Source: a virus
Taxonomy: Duplodnaviria; Caudoviricetes
Strand: one strand, 5' to 3'
IMG/VR virus record: IMGVR_UViG_3300020420_000677
Span: 1-38,828 of that record
DNA length: 38,828 bases
Shown: one piece after another, positions 8,567-16,746 of the stretch
Layout of the letters: each line of letters opens with the position of its first letter
Position numbering within the stretch: the stretch's first letter is position 1
Position numbers and translations under genes: made by a program
Notes under the pieces: model-generated
What the model was told of the DNA's origin: nothing
The model's input: the letters and a program-made list of their open reading frames with translations, nothing else
The model's database searches: none

Positions 8567-9125
8567 TTTTTTCTAATTGCTCACAAATTAAATTCATATG
8601 AACAACCACTGCTACTGCGTAGGATGTTGCGTGGGACTTCTTAAAAAAGTACTTGTCGTCGGTTGGTTTTATCCAAACTTCTTTCATAATTTTATCCCAT
8701 GACTCATTCAACAAATATCTTTTACTTGGTCTTATAATTGCCAATACTGCCGCTAGTTGTTTTATGTTTCTTGGTTTAAGTTTTTTTAATATTTCCGAGT
8801 GTCCATTAATATGAAACACTTTGTCTACAAAGTCTTGTGCTTCTAATAATTCCCAAACCGGCTCTTTGTTCATTAAAACTTCTAAATGCTTTTCATCATT
8901 TATATCTTTGTAAATGCTTACGTTTAGACAATCTATTTTAAAATATTTTCTTTGTTCTGCTGTGTCATAATCCAAAGTACTAAGATTTGTAGCCGGATCA
9001 TGAGGAACTTCTGTAAAATAAACACCAGTGTTATGTTTCTTTCCATTGTCTAATTTTGCTACTCTGTGTTTCAACTTGTCTAGTAGATCATTTCTATCTG
9101 CAAAGTCTATGTCTATATCAGGCAT
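8547..9125 (-). CDS. Minimal DnaE-like (family C polymerase palm/finger) protein, 192 aa
   Basis: Starts with PDIDIDF, then KHNTGVYF, FKIDCL, LAAVLAIIRP and FKKSHA in DnaE order. Confidence 0.8.
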   Translation of the reverse strand: MPDIDIDFADRNDLLDKLKHRVAKLDNGKKHNTGVYFTEVPHDPATNLSTLDYDTAEQRKYFKIDCLNVSIYKDINDEKHLEVLMNKEPVWELLEAQDFVDKVFHINGHSEILKKLKPRNIKQLAAVLAIIRPSKRYLLNESWDKIMKEVWIKPTDDKYFFKKSHATSYAVAVVVHMNLICEQLEKNEKQST

Positions 9126-9798
9126 TTACAACCTCTCTCAATTTAGATTTAGGAACGTCAACGTGTCTTTTATCACACTCTTCGTCTATAACACATATAT
9201 GACATTTAGGTTTTTTACTTGTACACACTCTTTTTGCATGAGTAATTAATTGCATATGAGCCGCATATTTGTATTGATCAGGAGTTGTGTCATTCACAGT
9301 TACAGCACTCTTACTTTCGTCTAAACTATCTGTCCAACCCAATCTCCATAGTAATCTAAACACGTGTGTATCAACTGCTATGTTAGGAGCACCCCAAACG
9401 AATCTCATCATTATGTCAGAACTTTTTCTGCCGATGCCAGGTAAATCCATAAGTTCTTTTTGTGTTTGTGGAACTTTTCCATCATACTCCATTAACAGTT
9501 TGTAACTTGTTGCAAGTATATTTTTTGATTTTGCATTGTGCAATCCTGCAGGACGTATTGCTTCTATTATTTTCTCTCTTGAAAGTTTAATCATTTTTTC
9601 AGGAGTATCTGCTAAAGCGAATAATTGTTTGCAGGCAATCGCAGTTCTTTTATCTTGGCTTTGTGCTGAAAGCATCACGCCTATTAAACTAGTGTAGGCT
9701 TCCTTGTGTATTTTTGCCGCTGGCTTTCTGTTAGAATACTTGGGCCAGTAATTGCCTAGTTTTTTGTAAATTTGTTCAATTTGTGTTTGTGTCTTCAT
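9118..9798 (-). CDS. nth: Endonuclease III (HhH-GPD glycosylase/AP lyase with 4Fe-4S cluster)
   Basis: LSAQSQD, HhH LPGIGRK, VDTHVFR, cluster motif C-x6-C-x2-C-x5-C (CTSKKPKCHICVIDEEC). Confidence 0.92.
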   Translation of the reverse strand: MKTQTQIEQIYKKLGNYWPKYSNRKPAAKIHKEAYTSLIGVMLSAQSQDKRTAIACKQLFALADTPEKMIKLSREKIIEAIRPAGLHNAKSKNILATSYKLLMEYDGKVPQTQKELMDLPGIGRKSSDIMMRFVWGAPNIAVDTHVFRLLWRLGWTDSLDESKSAVTVNDTTPDQYKYAAHMQLITHAKRVCTSKKPKCHICVIDEECDKRHVDVPKSKLREVVNA

Positions 9799-10234
9799 CT
9801 AATTTTTCTACTCGCCTTGTATGCCTACCTTTTAAAAATTTTGTTTCAAAAAATGCTTCTATCATATATTTTGCAGTATCAAAATCTGTGTAGTCTGCAC
9901 CAATACATAATACATTCATATCGTTGTGTTGTCTAGCCTGTTCCACATCAAAGACGTCAAAACATACTACCGCTCTTGCACCTTTGAATCTATTTGCCTG
10001 AATTGCCATACCGAAACCACTGCCACAAAATAAAATCACCCTATCATCTTTGTCCAAAAATCTGCAGGCTTTTTTGGCTATGTCGTTGTAATCTGTTCTT
10101 TTGTTTTCATAGATGCCTATGTCATGAAACGTCACAATATCGTCCATGCATTCATCAATCGGACATATCCATTTGGACACTTGGTCCTTAAGTTCCATAC
10201 CTCTATGATCAGCGCCTATCGTTAAGTCTATCAT
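9776..10234 (-). CDS. rpiB: Ribose-5-phosphate isomerase B (RpiB/LacAB family)
   Basis: IGADHRG, CGSGFGMAIQANR, ARQHNDMNVLCIGA, GRHTRRV. Confidence 0.9.
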   Translation of the reverse strand: MIDLTIGADHRGMELKDQVSKWICPIDECMDDIVTFHDIGIYENKRTDYNDIAKKACRFLDKDDRVILFCGSGFGMAIQANRFKGARAVVCFDVFDVEQARQHNDMNVLCIGADYTDFDTAKYMIEAFFETKFLKGRHTRRVEKLDEDTNTN

Positions 10235-10884
10235 AATGTTAATTTACTATGCCCTCCACCTATTTCACCTTTTACCCATACATTAAAAGACAGGGTGTAT
10301 CTTTTTTCGTTTGGATTTGTGTTTACATTCACACTGTGGTTTAAAAAACTAGGAAACATTATCAAATCCCATTTCTTAGGACATACAGCCATTTGTGGTT
10401 GATGAAACAGATAACTTCTTTTATTTGTGTAATCGAATTCGTCTTTGTGATCTAATCTAACTGTATCAGTAAAAATGTTGTTGTGATTTTTATCTTTGTG
10501 AAATACAATATTTGCTGTGTCTTTGCAATCTGTTAAAAATAATACACCAGAGAATAAACTATTGCTGTGATAGTGTTGATCTATAAAATGATTTTGTTCA
10601 TATCTATTACTCCAACTTGTAGTCATAACAAAATTGTGTTTAGGATGAACGTCAAGGTAACCATGTAAAAATTCACTTACCTTTTCCATTACTTCCGTCT
10701 TTAAAGGTAATAAATTTTCTTTGTCTAACAAATAGTCGTCTTCTGAAATGTAGCAAACTTTGTGAGATCTTTCTACGTAATTAATTTTATTTTTTATAAA
10801 GTCTTCGCTTTCTTTATATTCTTTTAATTGTGTTTGACATAAAGGTATGCCGAATAGTGGTACTACATTATTTTCATTTATCAT
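10231..10884 (-). CDS. 2OG-Fe(II) oxygenase superfamily protein
   Basis: HYHSNSLFSGVLFL, FPSFLNHSV, RYTLSFN. Confidence 0.8.
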   Translation of the reverse strand: MINENNVVPLFGIPLCQTQLKEYKESEDFIKNKINYVERSHKVCYISEDDYLLDKENLLPLKTEVMEKVSEFLHGYLDVHPKHNFVMTTSWSNRYEQNHFIDQHYHSNSLFSGVLFLTDCKDTANIVFHKDKNHNNIFTDTVRLDHKDEFDYTNKRSYLFHQPQMAVCPKKWDLIMFPSFLNHSVNVNTNPNEKRYTLSFNVWVKGEIGGGHSKLTL

Positions 10885-11564
10885 AATTTCGCCTCCTTTG
10901 TAACCTCTTTGACCATTTCTACATCTGCTGGCAGTCTTTTAAATCTTAAAGACCAGTGACTTGGATCCATGATGTTGTAAACTATTTGTAGTTGTTCATC
11001 GTTTAGTCTACCAATCATTTCTTTTCCTGTCTTGCAATTTAGTATTAACCATGGACTTATTTTCCCATCTTTAATATCCATTACTGCTCTGTTTAGACTT
11101 GCATACTTGAAATAATCGCTCCACTGTGCTTCCTTTTCATCACCCCAATCCATCATTGTTTTAATTGAACGTTCCATTGCCGCCTCAACTTTTTCACGCA
11201 GTATCAAATCAATTGCATACTTTTGATACATTTCTTCTCTGCACCAGTGATCCAATTTTACTCCGCTCGTTACAACATAGTCTATATATTTTGCTGGATA
11301 CAAAGGCTTTACATTGCTTAAGAAACTTCCAAACTTTACAAATGCTGTGTAGTAAGGACTCTTGCAAAACTCTTCATATGTCTTTGGTTTTGTTGCCTTC
11401 TGACATAATTCATAAAATCTAACAAATGTCTGATATCCTAGTTGTACTCTTCTTTCATCTTTTTGTAGAAATCTTCTTTTTTGTTCGCACATATGCACTG
11501 CTAAAGTTTTTTCTTTAGTAAATTTTGCACCGCAATATGGACAAGTAAACAACTTTTCTATCAT
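10881..11564 (-). CDS. Hypothetical protein with N-terminal zinc finger
   Basis: CPYC-x12-HMC at the N-terminus; ATGA-coupled to its neighbours. Confidence 0.65.
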   Translation of the reverse strand: MIEKLFTCPYCGAKFTKEKTLAVHMCEQKRRFLQKDERRVQLGYQTFVRFYELCQKATKPKTYEEFCKSPYYTAFVKFGSFLSNVKPLYPAKYIDYVVTSGVKLDHWCREEMYQKYAIDLILREKVEAAMERSIKTMMDWGDEKEAQWSDYFKYASLNRAVMDIKDGKISPWLILNCKTGKEMIGRLNDEQLQIVYNIMDPSHWSLRFKRLPADVEMVKEVTKEAKL

Positions 11565-12040
11565 AATTGTTTTTTAATTTGCTCCTTCGTCATTCCAAAG
11601 TCTTCTGCTAATTGTTTTAAATCTTTTGCACTGTTTATTTTCGCAAGTAAATTTATTTCATCCGCTTTTTTAGTTGGATATAGTTTTTCTAAGAACTTTA
11701 TTGCCTTTGCTGTACCCGGACTTGCTTTAAATTTATATCCAATCCACTCATGATATCTAATACTTTTCTTTTCATTTGCAGTCATACAAAGTAGATACCA
11801 TAAAAGTTTTTTATGTTTTGTAAGTGTAAAAAAGTTTTTATTGTAATACTGATTTGTTTTTAATATCTGTAATTCTTTGTCTTGTTTACTGCCTTTAACA
11901 GCACTTGCATATCTATTAAGCAAATAAAAAGACACCTGTTTACGTTCATCATCTGATAACTCGTCCCATACATTTTTGGCGTTCATGTCCATTGCCGCTA
12001 ACACATCTTTTAAAGGGAGTTTGTTAATTTTGCTTACCAT
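11561..12040 (-). CDS. Putative clamp loader small subunit (T4 gp62-like)
   Basis: Size and pattern (FYLLNRYAS...N...LLWYLL...WI) resemble gp62; located in a replication context. Confidence 0.5.
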   Translation of the reverse strand: MVSKINKLPLKDVLAAMDMNAKNVWDELSDDERKQVSFYLLNRYASAVKGSKQDKELQILKTNQYYNKNFFTLTKHKKLLWYLLCMTANEKKSIRYHEWIGYKFKASPGTAKAIKFLEKLYPTKKADEINLLAKINSAKDLKQLAEDFGMTKEQIKKQL

Positions 12041-12285
12041 CTGTTTTCCTTAATTAAATCATACATTAATTTTAACTTCTTTAACTGTATTTGTAAAGTC
12101 TTGTTTCCTTCGTTTGCGTAATCTACTATTTCGGATATTTCAACTTCGTTCAAATACCAATCTGGAAAAATTGGTTCTTCAATCAATATACGTTCGCCCT
12201 TGCCATTAATAGGTCGTGCATACACAGTGGCACCTCCATCTGGACTTTCATAAATCATTTTAGGTTCTTTTTTCTTTTTCGGCAT
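12034..12285 (-). CDS. Hypothetical protein (YESPDGG motif)
   Basis: 83-aa ORF overlapping both neighbours. Confidence 0.65.
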   Translation of the reverse strand: MPKKKKEPKMIYESPDGGATVYARPINGKGERILIEEPIFPDWYLNEVEISEIVDYANEGNKTLQIQLKKLKLMYDLIKENRW

Positions 12286-12791
12286 TACAATAGTTCAGTA
12301 TATTCTATACTTTCACATTGTCTTGAAATATCTTTTACAAAAAATGCACAATCAGGATTTTTACCATCTGTTATAGGTGTGCTTATAAGTTGATTATTTT
12401 TCATCTTTGGAAAGTACCATTTGACCTCATTGTAAAAATTGACTACATTTACAGGAGCAAATTGTGCCTTGAAACTGCTTAACGGATTGAATATAAATGC
12501 TTCAAAGCCTCTGTCAGCGATACTTGTCAATGGGACAACGTCAACAGTATTACTGTCTTCTAAATCTCCTATTGCAAGGCTCCAATCCAAAGGCATTGTA
12601 ATTTCTTTTCCACCTATCTCCAACACAATCGCTGGAGCACTGAAAGATTCAATGTAGATTAAAGGTATAAAGAAAAAGTCTGGTTCTTTAGGATTGCTGT
12701 TGTCAAGCACACTGAAAGCCATGTCGTCTGACACAGTTTCAGGCAACTTGTTCAAGTCATATGCTAGATTGTCTACTGTAAGTATTCTCAT
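12285..12791 (-). CDS. Hypothetical protein, possible catalytically inactive Hint-like fold
   Basis: Tightly coupled ORF; hydrophobic pattern resembles Hint blocks but with no Cys1, TxxH or HN. Confidence 0.6.
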   Translation of the reverse strand: MRILTVDNLAYDLNKLPETVSDDMAFSVLDNSNPKEPDFFFIPLIYIESFSAPAIVLEIGGKEITMPLDWSLAIGDLEDSNTVDVVPLTSIADRGFEAFIFNPLSSFKAQFAPVNVVNFYNEVKWYFPKMKNNQLISTPITDGKNPDCAFFVKDISRQCESIEYTELL

Positions 12792-13603
12792 TATTTCTCC
12801 CCAAAACTGTTATCTTTTGTATCATAGTAAAAATATTTTGTGCCTGTTGCTGGAGCCTTGTATAATGATTCTAATGGTAAATGTATGCCTGATGTAAATG
12901 ATGTACCTTGGTGAACGTCCAGTCCGTCTATGTTTATAGGATTGTCAACACTTATAATCGGACAGTTAGTTCCAAACGCCGCCATCCTTAACATTGCATT
13001 GTGCATATCGTCGTACATTGGTTTAATATGATCGCCTTGGTCTTTTGCTGAATTACTTGCAAATAAAATTAAGTCAACGTTTGCGATTCTCAACTTCCTT
13101 GCACAGTTATCTCCACCGTCCCACCAATTTCCAGGAAGGTCATTACACAAAAGCACACCCACGTTTAACTCTTCGTCATTAATTTTAATTTTGATTGTTT
13201 GAGATCTATCTTCAGGCTCAATATTGTAATCACACTGTGCCACGTTGTGTTTTCCAACATAACCAACCACTTCTCCATCTTGAAGGAAAGTTAGTTGGTT
13301 TCGATGTATACCATTGTTAAAATTTCCTTCTACTTTTTTATCTTTATCATATATCCAAAGAGTGCCTACTGCTATTACTAATCCAGTCTTTTTACTATAC
13401 TCCTTTAATTTTTCCATTGCTTCTTCTGTTGGACCACAAGTGTTCAGGTTCCATGACATTGTGTCATAACCACTTAAAGCACACTCTGGAGTTAGCAATA
13501 AATCCAAATTGTTTGTTACTGCCCAATCACAAGCATCTATTATATTCTTATAATTTTCCTGTACATTGTTTGTTACAGGTATCTGTGCGGCTCCTATTCT
13601 CAT
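12791..13603 (-). CDS. Carbon-nitrogen hydrolase (nitrilase superfamily)
   Basis: IGAAQ, PECALSGY (Glu), GKHN (Lys), LLCNDL (Cys) triad. Confidence 0.85.
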   Translation of the reverse strand: MRIGAAQIPVTNNVQENYKNIIDACDWAVTNNLDLLLTPECALSGYDTMSWNLNTCGPTEEAMEKLKEYSKKTGLVIAVGTLWIYDKDKKVEGNFNNGIHRNQLTFLQDGEVVGYVGKHNVAQCDYNIEPEDRSQTIKIKINDEELNVGVLLCNDLPGNWWDGGDNCARKLRIANVDLILFASNSAKDQGDHIKPMYDDMHNAMLRMAAFGTNCPIISVDNPINIDGLDVHQGTSFTSGIHLPLESLYKAPATGTKYFYYDTKDNSFGEK

Positions 13604-13983
13604 AAATTTTTTATATACCTCCTTAATTCTTTGTCCTGCACGTTTGCAGGAATTATATTTTTGTAAAATATTTTGTAACTGTCACTGCCATATTTGCCTA
13701 TTCCATATAAATCTGATGCTTCTTTGCCGTTCCAACTTAAAAAATCTACACTCATGCCTCTTAATCTTTTTGCTCTAACTTTCCACATACCAAGTGGTTT
13801 CAAAATTCTTTCTTGGGTTTTTACTCTTCCCCTTATGAATTTAACAGCATTTGGATAACGTTTGAATAACTTAGGCAGTACATCTTTAACTTGTTTCCTG
13901 TATGTTTGATTCAAACAGATCACGCCAACCATGTGTTGCCATTTACTCTTAACCTGTTGTTGTACCATTAAATCTTCTCTCAT
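13600..13983 (-). CDS. MBD4-like HhH DNA glycosylase (stand-alone catalytic domain)
   Basis: ICLNQT, LKPLGM..VRAKRL, LYGIGKYGSDSYKIF, VQDKEL. Start revised to ATG 13983, overlapping the UvsW stop. Confidence 0.8.
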   Translation of the reverse strand: MREDLMVQQQVKSKWQHMVGVICLNQTYRKQVKDVLPKLFKRYPNAVKFIRGRVKTQERILKPLGMWKVRAKRLRGMSVDFLSWNGKEASDLYGIGKYGSDSYKIFYKNIIPANVQDKELRRYIKNL

Positions 13984-15434
13984 GCCCAGTCTAGTTTCTC
14001 TATTGTAAAAGGATAGTTTGCTTCTTTGTAAAACTTCTTCCTGTGTGTTAAATGACGTTTTGCGAATTTGCAAGTAGAAGTGATATCCCATATCTGCACA
14101 AAGTCTTTGTCTTTGGCTTTACGAATGCCTCTTCCAATGGATTGTATTACTCTTACAAAGGATTTACCTGGTTCGATTAATACTAAATTAAATATTCTGG
14201 GTATGTTTATTCCTACAGACGCAACACCATATGTCGCAATTATAACTTTGTTGTTGGCACTGCTAACTTCATCATATTGTTCTTTTCTATCTTCTAGTTT
14301 TGTTTCCCCTTGTATAAAAACACTGTTAGGAATCAATGATTGTAATTCTTTTCCTGCTGTAAGTCTGTCAATTAAAATTAATGTATTACCTGTAGCACTT
14401 ATCTTGGTTATTAGTTTTCCCATATACTCTAAACGTTTTTTGTTTGTTGTTAGATATTTTAATTCTTCTTGATAATTTTTATAAACATTGGTATCTAGTA
14501 ATTGAACTATATTCACATGACATTTAGATAATACACCTTTGTCTTGTAATTCTTTTGCACTTATTTGATTAACAACAGGACCTATACCTGCTAATATACT
14601 TTGAAATTCAAATTGTTCTTTAGGCACTGTGCCAGTAAGTCCCCATCTAATAGGTGAATTTTTTAAATGATGTGTAAGTAATTTTTTCAACACATCTGCT
14701 TTTGCTTGATGCACTTCATCTATAATTACAGTCTTCACTCCGTCTAAGAATGTTGCAAGGCTCAAAGTAGATTCTCCTGCTTTGTCTTTTTTATCTAAAA
14801 TGTTTAAACTTTGCCATGTACAAATTGTGTGAGTCTTGTGAAGTTCTTTCCTGTCTCCAAAATATACACCAACATCTAATCCTACATTAACATAATCTTC
14901 TTCTGTTTGCGTAACTAATGATTTGTTAGGAACTATAACCACTGTACGACCAAACTTTTCGCATAAACTTGAAAGACAAGCAGTGATGATTGTTTTACCA
15001 GCACCAGTGGCAACTTCTTGTAAACTCTGTGGTTCTTTTAAAAAATTGTTTACAACGTCGACTTGGTAGTCACGCAGTTCAATATTTTGTCCTTCACATA
15101 AATGACCTTTGGGCCATGTTTTGTTTGCAAAATAATTTTTATCTATTTTGTCAAATTGTAAATCTACTTTTTGTCTTTTGTCATCGATTTCTTCAATCTC
15201 AACGCCGGACTCTTGTAATATGTTTATTATTGTATCAAGGTGATTGACATAACCATTACCACCTAAACCAAAGAATCCTACCTTACCATCCCATCTGCCT
15301 AATTTATATTGAGGCAAGTATCTTGCATATGGAACTTCATATTTCATCTTGTTTGCAATTTTTCTTCTTATTTCAACTGGAAGTCCTTCGATCTTTACAT
15401 TGACCTCGTCGTTGATTATAATTTTACATCTCAT
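13980..15434 (-). CDS. uvsW: UvsW-like superfamily 2 helicase
   Basis: LRDYQ, ATGAGKT, IIDEVH, GLTGT, QSIGRGIR. Confidence 0.88.
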   Translation of the reverse strand: MRCKIIINDEVNVKIEGLPVEIRRKIANKMKYEVPYARYLPQYKLGRWDGKVGFFGLGGNGYVNHLDTIINILQESGVEIEEIDDKRQKVDLQFDKIDKNYFANKTWPKGHLCEGQNIELRDYQVDVVNNFLKEPQSLQEVATGAGKTIITACLSSLCEKFGRTVVIVPNKSLVTQTEEDYVNVGLDVGVYFGDRKELHKTHTICTWQSLNILDKKDKAGESTLSLATFLDGVKTVIIDEVHQAKADVLKKLLTHHLKNSPIRWGLTGTVPKEQFEFQSILAGIGPVVNQISAKELQDKGVLSKCHVNIVQLLDTNVYKNYQEELKYLTTNKKRLEYMGKLITKISATGNTLILIDRLTAGKELQSLIPNSVFIQGETKLEDRKEQYDEVSSANNKVIIATYGVASVGINIPRIFNLVLIEPGKSFVRVIQSIGRGIRKAKDKDFVQIWDITSTCKFAKRHLTHRKKFYKEANYPFTIEKLDWA

Positions 15435-16711
15435 ATTGTTTCAGTATCATAGTGTACACTGTTCCAATAATTATTTTGTCCATTGATCTGGAACACCAAA
15501 TCGAATTCATGGATAAAAGAATCCACTTTAGAATAACTTCTTGAATCATCCATACAAATTACTGTTGCAGGACGCCAATCCGATTTTACCAAAGGTTTCG
15601 GAACTTTCTTATTAGTAATATACACTATTTTTGTATTTTTTGCAAGAGCATTGTTAATTTTTTGTTCATGTACATACTCATTATAATTTTTACCAGAATC
15701 GGTACCAGCCTTACGTCTATGCATCACAGATACCTCTTCTGAAGCAACAACATTTTTTAATAGGTTATGCATTTTGGATAATAGTTCCAAACTAGCAAAA
15801 TCATTATGTGGCAGAACTACCAATAACGGAAATCTATCCAGTTCAAGAATAGTTTCAACCATGTGTGTTAAGTTCCATTTGCTTGTATCTATGTTTATAA
15901 AAGATTGGTTACGTTTTATAATTTTTTTAGTAAGCACTGATAAATTTTTATAGGAAGATTGCAAATGTTCTTCATTAACTTTTTTAATACCCATGTGTTG
16001 TCTTCTATCCCAAAACTTATAAAGGTTTTCTACTGTAGGTTCGCCCCATAGGTCAGTATACTTTTTTGTAATAGTATTTGATATATTAGAAAATTTATTA
16101 TTGTATATTCCTGGAATGTATTTGTCCGGATCTTTTTGCATTGTATCTATTTTATTGTATATATCCAACAAATCTTTATCTATTTCAGTCATTCTGCCTT
16201 TTAGTCTACCAATTAATTTGTAAATGACTCTTTCGTTAAATGGAAAAAGATATTTGTCTTTAAGTCTTTGATTATAGAATCTTGAAATTAAATCTGGAAA
16301 TAATTTTCTTGTGTCGTTGACTAATTTAGATAAAATCATATTGAAAGGAAATCGCACAACAACTACTTTCTTTGGAGTATATCCTGCCCAGATCGGATCT
16401 AGATAATCACTACCGTCTTCAATTCGTATATATTTTGTTCTATCTAAAACACGTAATGGCTGTCTTAATTGATTAGCACTATTCTGTATATCTATTTTTC
16501 TTTGTTTGAATTGTGAATGATATCTTGTAACTAGGATACGTTTTACTACTTCGTACTGTCTATCTGTTAGTGCATAACCTTTAAATACTTTTTTAGCAAT
16601 ATCTATTAAAATTTTTTTGTCTCTATCTAAAATAATGAAAGGTTTAGTTATCTTTGTTTCGGATAACCCTGCGATCAATTCTAAACAGGCTTCGATGGTA
16701 ATGATATGCAT
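15431..16711 (-). CDS. Hypothetical protein (426 aa)
   Basis: Long ORF with its own sigma70-type promoter, ATGA-coupled to uvsW. Confidence 0.75.
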   Translation of the reverse strand: MHIITIEACLELIAGLSETKITKPFIILDRDKKILIDIAKKVFKGYALTDRQYEVVKRILVTRYHSQFKQRKIDIQNSANQLRQPLRVLDRTKYIRIEDGSDYLDPIWAGYTPKKVVVVRFPFNMILSKLVNDTRKLFPDLISRFYNQRLKDKYLFPFNERVIYKLIGRLKGRMTEIDKDLLDIYNKIDTMQKDPDKYIPGIYNNKFSNISNTITKKYTDLWGEPTVENLYKFWDRRQHMGIKKVNEEHLQSSYKNLSVLTKKIIKRNQSFINIDTSKWNLTHMVETILELDRFPLLVVLPHNDFASLELLSKMHNLLKNVVASEEVSVMHRRKAGTDSGKNYNEYVHEQKINNALAKNTKIVYITNKKVPKPLVKSDWRPATVICMDDSRSYSKVDSFIHEFDLVFQINGQNNYWNSVHYDTETI

Positions 16712-16717
16712 ACCATT

Positions 16718-16746
16718 ATTATATTGGATTTTGGTTAAAAAGTCAA
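16718..16746 (-). promoter_or_regulatory. Sigma70-type promoter heading the uvsW/repair operon
   Basis: TTGACT (16746-16741), N17, TATAAT (16723-16718); ATG 6 nt downstream. Confidence 0.82.

Noticed and set aside
957-9125. The two DnaE-like ORFs as complementary halves of one split gene
   Set aside because: Both carry the PDxDIDF and KxD catalytic motifs, so they are redundant paralogs and not N- and C-terminal halves.
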